Part shown: piece after piece, positions 9,153 through 19,544 of the stretch
How the letters are laid out: every line of letters starts with the position of its first letter
Position numbering within the stretch: position 1 is the stretch's first letter
The notes under the pieces: generated by a model
The model's input: only the letters and a program-made list of their open reading frames with translations
Told to the model about the DNA's origin: nothing
Databases searched by the model: none
NCBI GenBank assembly: GCA_050293845.1
Contig: JBNKNM010000044.1
Coordinates: 1-33,422 of the forward strand
Length of the DNA: 33,422 nucleotides
Origin: Pseudobacteriovorax sp.
GTDB taxonomy: Bacteria > Bdellovibrionota_B > Oligoflexia > Oligoflexales > Oligoflexaceae
Reading direction: 5' to 3'
Translations under genes and position numbers: made by a program

Positions 9153-12100
9153 TCACTCGGCCTTATCAACTGGTTTAAATTGTTCCTCAAACTCTCTAAA
9201 AGTTGCCGCTACAAAATATCTCGGAACATGGCCAGCGACAAGCAGCTGTTTCAAATAATAGCTAAACGTTTTTCGCTTGTGTTCGCTCGACCCGCCAAAG
9301 AAATTGAGCCTCTGAAGGTCTTCCACATTTAAAGACTCTAGCTTGCTGCTATCATGGGCTTGCACATACAAACCCCGATAGACGTTTCTAGCAACTACAC
9401 GCCAAAATCGTAGAGTACGACCGTGGTTCATATTGAGAATAACACGGTTCAGCGGCGTCACTTCATTATTGACTCCTAGGACAAAGGGGCGAGATGGTCC
9501 AAAATGTCCGCTTACAATTTTTTTATTGGATTCATTAAAAATACTGTAGGATATAGCTATTCCCTCAAGCTCTTTACTTTGTTCGTTATTGTTGAGAATC
9601 TTCATAACTTCTTCATAGATATCTTCCCACGATACTTCTTTTTTGTTTTTTGCCACGAATAAACTTCTTACTGCTAGCATATGGTACCAAAGTTGGGAAC
9701 TCAGTTGTTCTCTACTACTTTTAACACCATTGAGCCGACAGTACATAATCAAATATTCTGAGCGGGATAAACCAACCCCTAGGTACCACGTCGACTCCCT
9801 GTCACTACGTAGATGGCCTTCTGGCCAAATATCCATCCAGCTGCAAGCTTCGAGAAAATAGTGCCCGGGAGCGTAACGGTATTTGAGGACAGCATCAGTA
9901 TTGTTCACCATTCCTGCATACCGTAGCCAAAGCCCCATATAGGCCCCAAAGTAGTCCAGATCATTGCGTGCCTGCGTCGAATCATGACTGCTGATCTCAA
10001 CCTTTTCTAACAATATAACTCCGATGTTAGTATCATTATTTTTTACAGGGATAATAGTATTCAACTTCGCAAACCGTCCATGGTTCGTCGTATCATTCTC
10101 TTGCGAAGCCTGATCATCATCGTTGGCTGCAGTTCCCTCGAGGACGAGGGTGGCCTGAAGATCACCCTCGTCATCCAACTTTTGTGTAAGTTCAAGATCA
10201 ATGGCAGCTGATTTCTTTTTGCTGTGATCATCGGGAGTATCGACCTGCTCCAAAGCAGCACCATTATCGCGTCCCCAGGAGGCATCTCCCTCAGGAATGA
10301 ACAGGGTCGATCTGATAGTAAAATAAGACCTGACATACTCTATGATACGCTTATAGGTTTCAGCGTCGCGACGTTCACTGGAAAAGGGCCGTAGTTTTTT
10401 CTGTGTTAAGTGCTCCCCCAGCACAATATGCACACCTTTGAAATTATACCACTTTCGTAGTAGCCTTAACTCAGAACTCAATGCCTCCTGATGACTCATT
10501 TTTTGGTCAAAAACTTTCGAGGTCAGATTCAAAGTGTCAGATAAAAGACGCCCTAATTGATAAGCTGGTTCGATGGTGGTGGCTTTTTGGCTTTTCTGAG
10601 GGATTGAAAATCTGAATTCCTGTAATAAGCCGACAGCCATCTCCTGTAATAAGGGTAAACCGAATTCTTTTGCATGATCATGCAACTGATAGATATACTC
10701 TTTCCTATTAAAGTGCTTTTCTTGAAGAAGATAGCGTCCAAACCAAAGCTGAGTTAATAACTCGGTTAAGGCAGTGCGGGTAAATCGGGAAGCTTTCATG
10801 GCCCTATCATAGAGTTGCTTGACGTTGTTGCCTCCAAAAACCTCTTCCAGCCGTGCCGCCACCAGAGAAGGAACAGCTCGTTTTGCAAAATTTTTGCTTT
10901 TCGATTTAGTGGCAACATGATGCAATAGATCTTTCACAACTTTGATATTCCAATGAAAGAACTGATATTCATACTGCATGACCGTAGGAAAAAACATAAT
11001 AAAGATTTGGGTAAAATCCTCTTCATAGGGATAAAGAAACCCATTGGTACCTTTACTATAGTAAACAAGAACCGCCCGATAGCTATCATAGGCTTTGCGG
11101 GGATTGCCAGAAGCGAAATTTATCATAGCTTCAATCATACTGATAAAGATTCCGGTTTTCCTCGCTCCCACCTGCTCACGACGCTCCAAGTAACCTTTAT
11201 GTAGCACAATCTGTTCCCGCGCATCCTGAAGCAACAGGGAAAAAAGATACATACTGATGCCTCTAGGACTGTACCAATGACGGGTCCGCAGATGAATGGG
11301 GAGTTGCCTCACCAAATCCCTAGCCCTTCTTGTATTACAGCTTAGTATTGATTGGTAAAGTTGGAACAAAATGCCTTGCACCACAAGCTGTTGGTTCTGT
11401 TCAAGCGTAATATGGTTCAGAGCTGTATTAATATTATGATCATAATCCTCAAACTTACCTTGCCAATGATCCAATGTTAAGGTCCTTTGGGTAAGAAGGT
11501 AACCAAACGTCTGATGAAACCCCAACTCCCTGGCACTGACGAGGATAGTATCTAAATACATATAGGCGAGCTTACGGTGACCAAAATAACCCAATAAAAT
11601 GGCAAAATCACCGAATGTTTTCAGAGCAGCATCGGGTGTAGCATAACCTGAGAGGCACATTTTAATAGCCTCGATATGATGAGCTAAGGCAAGCTTAATA
11701 TCTTGATTCAAACTAATGACTTGCCCAAGATGATAAAGTCTGACAGGATGAAACGCTTCGCGAGTATCATAGCGATTTTTTTTTAAGGCCTTATGAATTG
11801 TCAAGAATCTCCTAAAAACTTTACTTTTTCTTTTAAAAAGTACCGTCCCCCATAGCCTAAAAAGGAAATAAAACTTATCAAAAATTCCTAATCTAGGGAT
11901 GATCATATTTAAAGTGCGATAGGTTTTAAACAAACTATGGATGGTTTCTGAAACTTTCCCATTCAGCATAGAAAAATAAGTCAGTTTATAAGATATACTC
12001 GCATACTCGTTTTTGCTAAGCTCCATATTCAAGAGTTCAAAGTAAAACCTTGAAGCAGTTGTATACTGCTTCTGTAACCCTAAAATATCACCCAGTTTGT

Positions 12101-14591
12101 TCAGTATGTATTTTTTGGTTGGTACCGCCTCTGGATCTTTGATATTAGGAAATATCTTGTAAGCATTGCGAAAGTATCGTTCAGCCGAAACCAAAGCCCC
12201 CATCTCTAACGCCTTTTCTCCTGCTAATATACAGTATTTTAAGGCTAGCATAACAATCGAGAGATCTCGGGGAAATGCTTCATTAATAGTTGTATTAAGT
12301 GATTGATTAAAGTGGTGGGCTAAAGTGAAAATCACTTGAGTGCTGGGTGACGGGATCAATTCCTGAAGTTTTTGAGCAATTTTGGTGTGCAGCTTCGCAC
12401 GCCTTGCCGGTGGGATAGCATCGCGAATAGAATCGCGAATCTGACTATGTGAGAAACTGAAAGACTTTCCTAAGTGCTTTAAGTCAGAAACATCGGGACT
12501 GCGTACAATCAGATAATCAGCCATCGCTCTTTGGAGGGCTCGCATGACAGTAATAGACTGCAATTCATCTTCGATTAATAGCATTTCAAAATTAAAACTA
12601 GTACCGATCAAGGAAGCGATCTCTAAGACAGCTCGATCTTGGCTATCATAATCATTGACACGATTTAAAGTTAGATCTATAGAGTCCAAAAGGATTTTAC
12701 TTTTCTTGAGAAGATCAAGATCAAAGTTCCAGTTGTTGGTTTGATGATTTAACCGAATAAAATCCTTGGTTACTAAACTTCTTACCAACTCGACCAAATA
12801 GAGAGGATTTCCTTTCGTTTTGTTTTTAAGAAATGCGACAAAGTCTTCACTAAATTCTTGCTGGGTATTGAGCATCAATTTAGTGAGCTGGTCCACAGCA
12901 TCCGTTTCTAAAGGTTTTAATTCCATTAAGGTAAAGCGTCGGCGTAATTTTTCGAATTTGCGTAAAAACTCTTCAAATTCAGGATAACCATGAATCTCTT
13001 CAGAGCGATAACTAATGACAAGATAAAATCTCTGTGAATTATTGTGACTAAAAAAATCATCAACGAGTTCGATACTTTTCTTATCAGCCCAGTGCATATC
13101 GTCTAAGACAAAGACGATGGGTTGGTTATCTGATGTCAAACATCGGGTAAAGTCGGAAAATGCCTTGGTAAAAGCAGCAAAGTCCAGATTTCTTTCTAAC
13201 TCATCTTGACTCTCAATCTGAGGTTGAGATTGCACCTCTTCTGCATGAAGATAAGGTTTTAAGCCAGGGACGACTTTTGCAACAAGCTGCACCGTTGGCC
13301 CTAGAACCGCTTTTACCTTTCTCTTGATTTCTTCAGCTTCAACCTGTTGCGTTTTATAAACCTTAATCAGGTATTCGTTGAAGCCATTAGCTAGAGCATT
13401 AAAAGGCAGGTTGTTTTCATGACGGGAAAAAGATGTACTGATATAGCGGATTTTATGTTTGGCAAGATAGCTTTTGAATTCCATTAGTAAGCGTGATTTT
13501 CCCGTTCCAGCCCCCCCCTGAATGATAGCCAGTCGACTTCTGCCACGACCTTTGGAAATAGCGTTGTAGTTATTGATTAGCAGTTCAAACTCATTTTTAC
13601 GACCAACCAAATCAAGGCTTCCCGTTAGAATCCGCAAATGATCGAACTTACCAAGCTGCGACGATTCCGTAAAAAAGTCATTACCCTGTTCCAAGCAGCG
13701 TCTCGCACTTTGCAGATCGACCTGGAGGCCAAAGGCTGTTTGGTAGCGATTTTCTGGACGCTTTGCCAGCAATTTCATAACGATGTCATTGATATATTCC
13801 GGAAGCTCGGGGCGAATCTTAGTCAGAGGTTCTGGCTGGGTTTGGGCATGCTCCCGAGCAATCTTTTCGCGGGTACTTGCCGTAAAGGGAGGATGGCCAG
13901 CAAGTACCTCGTAAAGTACGCATCCCAGGGAATAAAGGTCAGAACGGTGGTCAACAACAGCACTGATATGGGCGGAAGTTTCTGGTGCCATATAGAGAGG
14001 GGTCCCCGCCACATCCTTGGCACCATGATAAAATTGATTGATTTCAGATAGTTGGGCAATCCCAAAATCGAGAACTTTCACCACGAGATTGCTCGACTCC
14101 TGTTCATCTTCATGCCAGCTATGGCCCACAATAATATTCTGGGGCTTAATATCGCGGTGGATGATGTTCTTGCTATGAGTATATTCTAAGGCAGATGTAA
14201 CCTGGAGTCCTAGCTGAAAGAAGAACGCTAGGCCCTGTCTACCTTGCTTCAACACCTGCTTTAGGTCAAGGCCTTGCGCAATCTCCATAACAATATAGTA
14301 ACCACCTGATAATCCACGAATTTCTCCCGATTCTATTAATCCCAGTTCCTGAAACGAAATGATGTTGGGATGATGGAGCCGACTCATCAGAGCCGCTTCT
14401 TTCTGAAAGCGTAGTAAATCTTCATAGTTAAGGCGGCGATCGCGCAATATTACCTTAATCGCAACATTTTGGGATGGGTCATCAAAGGGAATTGCTCGAT
14501 AAACTTTCCCCATTCCGCCAGAACCGATTTCACCGGTAATGCAGTATCGATCAGCGATAATGGCACCAATAAGCTTCCTATGTCTTGACAA
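9153..14591 (-). CDS. Multidomain Hanks-type Ser/Thr kinase fused to AAA/STAND ATPase, helical repeats, GAF-like and degenerate PP2C/SpoIIE-like regions
   Basis: Kinase motifs GSGGMGKVY, VAIK, HRDIKPQN, DFG, APE and DLYSLG. ATPase Walker A GGAGTGKS, Walker B VFVLDDMHWAD and GNPLYL. TTG start with SD GAGGT. The C-terminal domain calls are by-eye similarity. Confidence 0.88.
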   Translation of the reverse strand: MSRHRKLIGAIIADRYCITGEIGSGGMGKVYRAIPFDDPSQNVAIKVILRDRRLNYEDLLRFQKEAALMSRLHHPNIISFQELGLIESGEIRGLSGGYYIVMEIAQGLDLKQVLKQGRQGLAFFFQLGLQVTSALEYTHSKNIIHRDIKPQNIIVGHSWHEDEQESSNLVVKVLDFGIAQLSEINQFYHGAKDVAGTPLYMAPETSAHISAVVDHRSDLYSLGCVLYEVLAGHPPFTASTREKIAREHAQTQPEPLTKIRPELPEYINDIVMKLLAKRPENRYQTAFGLQVDLQSARRCLEQGNDFFTESSQLGKFDHLRILTGSLDLVGRKNEFELLINNYNAISKGRGRSRLAIIQGGAGTGKSRLLMEFKSYLAKHKIRYISTSFSRHENNLPFNALANGFNEYLIKVYKTQQVEAEEIKRKVKAVLGPTVQLVAKVVPGLKPYLHAEEVQSQPQIESQDELERNLDFAAFTKAFSDFTRCLTSDNQPIVFVLDDMHWADKKSIELVDDFFSHNNSQRFYLVISYRSEEIHGYPEFEEFLRKFEKLRRRFTLMELKPLETDAVDQLTKLMLNTQQEFSEDFVAFLKNKTKGNPLYLVELVRSLVTKDFIRLNHQTNNWNFDLDLLKKSKILLDSIDLTLNRVNDYDSQDRAVLEIASLIGTSFNFEMLLIEDELQSITVMRALQRAMADYLIVRSPDVSDLKHLGKSFSFSHSQIRDSIRDAIPPARRAKLHTKIAQKLQELIPSPSTQVIFTLAHHFNQSLNTTINEAFPRDLSIVMLALKYCILAGEKALEMGALVSAERYFRNAYKIFPNIKDPEAVPTKKYILNKLGDILGLQKQYTTASRFYFELLNMELSKNEYASISYKLTYFSMLNGKVSETIHSLFKTYRTLNMIIPRLGIFDKFYFLFRLWGTVLFKRKSKVFRRFLTIHKALKKNRYDTREAFHPVRLYHLGQVISLNQDIKLALAHHIEAIKMCLSGYATPDAALKTFGDFAILLGYFGHRKLAYMYLDTILVSARELGFHQTFGYLLTQRTLTLDHWQGKFEDYDHNINTALNHITLEQNQQLVVQGILFQLYQSILSCNTRRARDLVRQLPIHLRTRHWYSPRGISMYLFSLLLQDAREQIVLHKGYLERREQVGARKTGIFISMIEAMINFASGNPRKAYDSYRAVLVYYSKGTNGFLYPYEEDFTQIFIMFFPTVMQYEYQFFHWNIKVVKDLLHHVATKSKSKNFAKRAVPSLVAARLEEVFGGNNVKQLYDRAMKASRFTRTALTELLTQLWFGRYLLQEKHFNRKEYIYQLHDHAKEFGLPLLQEMAVGLLQEFRFSIPQKSQKATTIEPAYQLGRLLSDTLNLTSKVFDQKMSHQEALSSELRLLRKWYNFKGVHIVLGEHLTQKKLRPFSSERRDAETYKRIIEYVRSYFTIRSTLFIPEGDASWGRDNGAALEQVDTPDDHSKKKSAAIDLELTQKLDDEGDLQATLVLEGTAANDDDQASQENDTTNHGRFAKLNTIIPVKNNDTNIGVILLEKVEISSHDSTQARNDLDYFGAYMGLWLRYAGMVNNTDAVLKYRYAPGHYFLEACSWMDIWPEGHLRSDRESTWYLGVGLSRSEYLIMYCRLNGVKSSREQLSSQLWYHMLAVRSLFVAKNKKEVSWEDIYEEVMKILNNNEQSKELEGIAISYSIFNESNKKIVSGHFGPSRPFVLGVNNEVTPLNRVILNMNHGRTLRFWRVVARNVYRGLYVQAHDSSKLESLNVEDLQRLNFFGGSSEHKRKTFSYYLKQLLVAGHVPRYFVAATFREFEEQFKPVDKAE

Positions 14592-14801
14592 AGTGGGACC
14601 TCTAGTTCACTTTTTGGCTAGACATAATTCCTAGCATTTATCAAAATTGCGTGATTTCGAGCATTGCTCTACTATTCGGTATGAATCTATAAAACTTAAG
14701 AAATCTGATTAGATTCACACTTTACTTCATGTCTGTTACAGTTGAAGCAGAAATAGGGTCAGCACACAGCCCATTTTGTAAAAGTTCAGTAAGGAAGTTT
14801 T

Positions 14802-16277
14802 ATGCCTAAAAATACTAGCGATAAGATTGAGCAGCAAAGCTCCAAGCCCCTAATACGCCATACCAAAATCATTGGCACTCTTGGCCCATCGTCTTCTGAC
14901 TATGAAACCCAAAAACAATTGGTGCTGGCGGGATTAAATATCGCAAGACTCAATTTTTCCCACGGCACTCACGAGATACACCTCCAGAATATTGAATCCA
15001 TTCGGAAGATTGCCAGAGAAACCGGCCAACCTGTGGGAATTCTTCAGGATCTCCAAGGTCCCAAGATCAGGGTTGGAAAGCTTATTGGCGACAAAATGGA
15101 AATCAACAGCGGAGAAACATACGAGCTACGTTATGGTGTCGAGCAAACCGACCCTAAGGTTATTCCCATTGATTATCGAGGGCTCGTTCATGACGTATCT
15201 ATCAATCAAAGGGTGATGATGGATGATGGCCTCCTGATTCTCCAAGTAACAGCGATCCATCAAGACTCCATTTCTGTAGTGGTTCAAGAAGGGGGCGTCC
15301 TAAAAAACCGGAAAGGTGTCAACTTTCCAGATTCTAAGCTTTCCCTGCCAGCATTAACCGACAAGGATTCCAAAGACCTTCTATTCGGTATTGCTCACAA
15401 TGTTGACTATGTAGCCCTTTCTTTTGTTCAAGACCCTGCAGATATCCACCAGATCAAGGGTATGATCAAAGCTCTTGGCTCCGATGTTCCTGTGGTCGCA
15501 AAAATAGAAAAGTTGCCGGCTATCAATAAAATTGATGAAATTGCAGCCATTGCAGATGGCCTAATGGTGGCCCGGGGCGACCTTGGTGTTGAGGCTAATG
15601 TAGAAAGGGTCCCTACCCTACAAAGAAAGATCATCAATGCAGCGACTAAGTACGGCAAACCAGTAATCATCGCCACCCAGATGTTAGAGTCTATGATTCA
15701 GAACCCTCAAGCAAGCCTAGCGGAAGTAGCTGATGTAGCCAACGGTGTTCTAGATGGCGCAGACTGTCTTATGCTTTCTGGCGAGGTAGCGAGTGGCAAG
15801 TACCCGGTTCAATGTGTAAAGCGTATGTCATCCATTATTGAAGAGGTGGAGGCTTGGACGTTCAGGCATCCTTCGCGTTTTAGCCCCTTAGATTCTCCAA
15901 AAGAGAATGACTGGGAAGTTAATGAGTCGATAGCTATTTCCGCCTGTGAGGCAGCCCATGCTATATCAGCCAAGGCTATCGTTTGCCTGACTCTCACGGG
16001 TTCTGTCGCACGATCTATATCAAAATGGCGCCCAAAAACCCCTATTATAGCTGTAAGCCCTCGCAAAGATGTCGCCAACAGACTTACCCTTGTATGGGGA
16101 GTCCACGGCATTCCCAATCCCTCATTTTATAATACGGATTCCTTGCTCCAGGATCTTCCCAGTGCTCTAAAAAAACTTAAGGTTGTCAACTCCGGTGATG
16201 TTGTCGTGATCACGGCTGGTATTCCCATCAATCAAATGAAGCCGACCAATATGATCAAAATCAATCGTATTCCTTAG
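14802..16277 (+). CDS. pyk: Pyruvate kinase
   Basis: TKIIGTLGP, ARLNFSHG, DLQGPKIR, LMVARGDLGVE, ATQMLESM, DCLMLSGE. Confidence 0.98.
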   Translation: MPKNTSDKIEQQSSKPLIRHTKIIGTLGPSSSDYETQKQLVLAGLNIARLNFSHGTHEIHLQNIESIRKIARETGQPVGILQDLQGPKIRVGKLIGDKMEINSGETYELRYGVEQTDPKVIPIDYRGLVHDVSINQRVMMDDGLLILQVTAIHQDSISVVVQEGGVLKNRKGVNFPDSKLSLPALTDKDSKDLLFGIAHNVDYVALSFVQDPADIHQIKGMIKALGSDVPVVAKIEKLPAINKIDEIAAIADGLMVARGDLGVEANVERVPTLQRKIINAATKYGKPVIIATQMLESMIQNPQASLAEVADVANGVLDGADCLMLSGEVASGKYPVQCVKRMSSIIEEVEAWTFRHPSRFSPLDSPKENDWEVNESIAISACEAAHAISAKAIVCLTLTGSVARSISKWRPKTPIIAVSPRKDVANRLTLVWGVHGIPNPSFYNTDSLLQDLPSALKKLKVVNSGDVVVITAGIPINQMKPTNMIKINRIP

Positions 16278-17246
16278 CATCATCCCATGGACTTGGTTTC
16301 TCCCATTTTCCTTACTGCGGTAGAGCATAAGATCTGCAGCTTTAATGGGATCATCGGGAACTCCATTAAAGCCCATGGGCACCCAAGACAAGCCAACGCT
16401 CGCCGATAGCTTCACCGAGTATTTATCGTACTTAAACACGGTACGGTAGATGAGGTCGCGGATGCTCTCCGCTGATTCCATCATTTCCTGTGGGCTGTCT
16501 GTGGGAATACAGGCTATGTACTCATCGCCACCATAGCGGGCAGCAATACTTCCTGGATATTTCTGCAAGGCATGTTTGATCAATTTACCTGCTTCACCAA
16601 TGACATGACTGCCCACAAGGTGGTTTGTGGTATCATTAACCTGTTTAAAATGATCTAAGTCCAGCATTATAATACCGAATCCGCTCGTTTGCTCTTTGCA
16701 CGACTTCAGAACTTTCTTATACTCGCGGTTAAAAGATCGCATATTGTGCAAGCCTGTCAGTTCGTCAGTAAGCGAAAGTTGCTTCAACTTGTGATTTGCA
16801 GAGCGTAGCTTATCCGTCATTGTTTTAAATCGATAAACAGCATTTATACGCGCATAGATTTCGCGCTGGGAAGCCTTTGCTTCGATAAAATCATCACCTC
16901 CCGCCTCTAGGCACTTGACCGGTAGATGTAGATCGAGAGGAGCTGAACACTGCAGAAATATAATTCCTGTATGACGTTGATCTTCAGCATCGCGTACCAT
17001 ACGACAAAAACGGAATGCTTCATCAGGACTCTTGCTTAAATCGACGAGGATAATATCAGGGTGATAATCTTGAAAAGAGTTATAAGCTTCGGCAAAATTT
17101 GGAACATGGCCAAACTCAATTCTTAGTCCCAACCCAGAATCTGTTGTATAATAGGAATCGGAGGACAAAATACTTCTGAATTGCTGGCTTTCAGAAGAAT
17201 TTTCTACCAGCAATACACGCATCGTGTGTTTTTTGATCAAATTCAA
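16167..17246 (-). CDS. Response-regulator diguanylate cyclase (REC-GGDEF, GGDEY variant)
   Basis: REC-like N-terminus (RVLLVE..., PDIILVDL, CLEAGGDDF), TDELTGLHN, LDLDHFKQVND, ARYGGDEY and ADLMLYRSKENGRNQV. The start is uncertain: TTG 17246 follows SD GAGGA; alternatives are ATG 17222 or 17300. Confidence 0.9.
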   Translation of the reverse strand: MNLIKKHTMRVLLVENSSESQQFRSILSSDSYYTTDSGLGLRIEFGHVPNFAEAYNSFQDYHPDIILVDLSKSPDEAFRFCRMVRDAEDQRHTGIIFLQCSAPLDLHLPVKCLEAGGDDFIEAKASQREIYARINAVYRFKTMTDKLRSANHKLKQLSLTDELTGLHNMRSFNREYKKVLKSCKEQTSGFGIIMLDLDHFKQVNDTTNHLVGSHVIGEAGKLIKHALQKYPGSIAARYGGDEYIACIPTDSPQEMMESAESIRDLIYRTVFKYDKYSVKLSASVGLSWVPMGFNGVPDDPIKAADLMLYRSKENGRNQVHGMMLRNTIDFDHIGRLHLIDGNTSRDHDNITGVDNLKFF

Positions 17247-17447
17247 AGCAACTTCCTCTAAGCGACTGCCAGGCAAATGCTGCCCGCTTATGCAGAACAT
17301 CGGCGTCCAATAGGAATACTTGAACAGAGAATTTAGCGTAAAATCAGAAGCCTAAATAACAAAAAATTGTAGATTCCATTTTTTATTGTACTTTAAAACA
17401 TTTAAAAGTTAACTATCAACCATCAACATTAAGATAATTACAAATAC

Positions 17448-19544
17448 ATGGTAAAAAGTAAGAATCCAAATACACTTAGCGAGTCCGGTATCGAACGATT
17501 TCTGTCACATCACCGCAGTTCTCCGATGAAACTCATTCTCAGATTTGTATTTTTCGGAATCATTGCCATCACTGTAATCAGTGGAGCCAGTATCAGCATC
17601 TGGCTGTTCCGTATCGGTGTATTTGAGCTTAAGAATGAACAATTACGTGCGATCACTGAATACCAAGCTCCGGATAACTCTGTGGTCCTAGATAAGAATG
17701 GAAAGAAGGTTGGAGAGTATTACAGCGCTTATTATGTTTTTACACCTCTAAACAAGATTCCTCAATCAATGGTTGACGCTGTAATAGCTATCGAAGATCG
17801 CAGTTTTTTCCATCACAATGGCATTGATATTCCAGCAATTTTTCGTGCTGCTATAAATCTTCTTATGACTCGCTCAAAAAGTCAGGGAGCTAGTACCATC
17901 ACCCAGCAAGTCGTACGTAATTTTCTGCTGCATAGAGAAAAAACTTTTGAACGCAAGGTGAAGGAAATCATCTTCTCCTTACGCCTGGAAAAAGTATTGA
18001 GTAAAGAACAGATTTTAGAAATATATCTCAATGCATTATTCTTAGGAAATGGAGCTTATGGTGTCGGTGCCGCTTCCCAAAGATACTTTGGCAAACCCCT
18101 CCATCAGCTGGGTCCTGCAGAACATGCTCTTATCGCCGGATTGTTTCAATCTCCCAGCAGATTTAACCCCCACCGCCATCCCAAACGAGCCAAGCGACGG
18201 CAAAAACAGGTCCTCCTCGCCATGCTTAGAAGTGGAAAAATATCCTTAAAAAAAGCCAAACGTTACTTTACCCACAAGCTGAATTATAGACCTTACAACT
18301 ACCTGAACACGGAAATTGCACCTTACTTTGTCGATTACGTTCAGGAAGAGGCGAGTCGGCTCATCGATAAAAGCATTAAAAACAGTGGCCTTCGTATCTA
18401 CACGACCATAGACATAGAGATCCAGAACAAAGCCTCAGAAACTATTAGCAATGCATCTATGATGCTAAATCGTGCCAAAGCTTATGTGAAATCGAATATC
18501 ATTGGAGTCGAGCAACGCTTAGAGTCTGCCCTACTGGTGACAGAACCGCAAACGGGACATATACTCGCCATGGTAGGTGGTAGAAATTATGAAACATCGC
18601 AATTTAACCGCACAGTACAAGCCAAGCGATCGCCAGGGTCTACGTTTAAACCGATTATCTATTCATTAGCTTTACAGAATGGATTTAAATGGTCGGACGT
18701 CTTCTATGTATCGCCCATTGTCATAGATGATTATCGCCCACGAAATTATTCTGACAGTGTATTTCTAACAGAAACAACCTTATTAAGAGCCTTCTATAAA
18801 TCCATCAATACCACTGTCGTAGAACTTGGCCAAAAACTAGGACTTCAAGAAATATTGAGTCATGCAAAGCGACTTGGTATTGACACTCCTCTGAAAGAAG
18901 AAGTCGGTACCATGCTCGGTAGTTCTGAAGTCACTATGTTAGACCTTGCCCGCATGTACGGTGTATTTGCCAATCAAGGGAAACTTGTAGAACCCATTGC
19001 CATTACTAAAATAACAGATCGCTTTGGCAACACAATATACGAAGCTCCGACTCCTGAAGAACGATCCGTGCAAGTCATTTCTCCCCATATAGCTTTTCTG
19101 ATCACAGAGGGGCTGCGCGCTGTTTTTAAATATGGAACGGCTTATAATTTTCGTAGATTATCACCTTTTGTCGTGGGAAAGACGGGAACCTCCAATGAAT
19201 CCATCGACAATTGGTTCTGTGGCTTTTCCCCGGACTTGGTGAGCATCCTCTGGACTGGTATCGATGACCATCGCGGCTTTGAAGACTCATCGGTATCTGC
19301 TATCACTCTCGCCCTACCCATCTGGTCAAGGTTTATGGCAAAGGTACTGCCTTTACGTCCTACCAAAGAGTTTTATAGTCCCGACGATGGCATTGTGGAA
19401 CTGATGGTCCACCCACAATTCGGTCATCTTGATGATAATGGCATCAAAATGTTCTTTCTAGACGGACAAGTACCCACTATGAAAAGTTCCAGTTTACATT
19501 TAATCAGTAGGAATGGCGATTATCGTGGTATTTTTAACCGATAA
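17448..19544 (+). CDS. Class A penicillin-binding protein (PBP1A family, transglycosylase/transpeptidase)
   Basis: GT51 motifs EDRSFFHHNG, GASTITQQ, RKVKE and KEQILEIYLN. Transpeptidase motifs STFK (SxxK), SIN (SxN) and KTGT. N-terminal TM. Confidence 0.95.
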   Translation: MVKSKNPNTLSESGIERFLSHHRSSPMKLILRFVFFGIIAITVISGASISIWLFRIGVFELKNEQLRAITEYQAPDNSVVLDKNGKKVGEYYSAYYVFTPLNKIPQSMVDAVIAIEDRSFFHHNGIDIPAIFRAAINLLMTRSKSQGASTITQQVVRNFLLHREKTFERKVKEIIFSLRLEKVLSKEQILEIYLNALFLGNGAYGVGAASQRYFGKPLHQLGPAEHALIAGLFQSPSRFNPHRHPKRAKRRQKQVLLAMLRSGKISLKKAKRYFTHKLNYRPYNYLNTEIAPYFVDYVQEEASRLIDKSIKNSGLRIYTTIDIEIQNKASETISNASMMLNRAKAYVKSNIIGVEQRLESALLVTEPQTGHILAMVGGRNYETSQFNRTVQAKRSPGSTFKPIIYSLALQNGFKWSDVFYVSPIVIDDYRPRNYSDSVFLTETTLLRAFYKSINTTVVELGQKLGLQEILSHAKRLGIDTPLKEEVGTMLGSSEVTMLDLARMYGVFANQGKLVEPIAITKITDRFGNTIYEAPTPEERSVQVISPHIAFLITEGLRAVFKYGTAYNFRRLSPFVVGKTGTSNESIDNWFCGFSPDLVSILWTGIDDHRGFEDSSVSAITLALPIWSRFMAKVLPLRPTKEFYSPDDGIVELMVHPQFGHLDDNGIKMFFLDGQVPTMKSSSLHLISRNGDYRGIFNR

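Noticed and set aside
9153..14591. Avs/NLR-like anti-phage STAND system
   Set aside because: The architecture matches kinase-AAA-GAF signalling proteins and the context is housekeeping, not a defence island; not strictly excluded.
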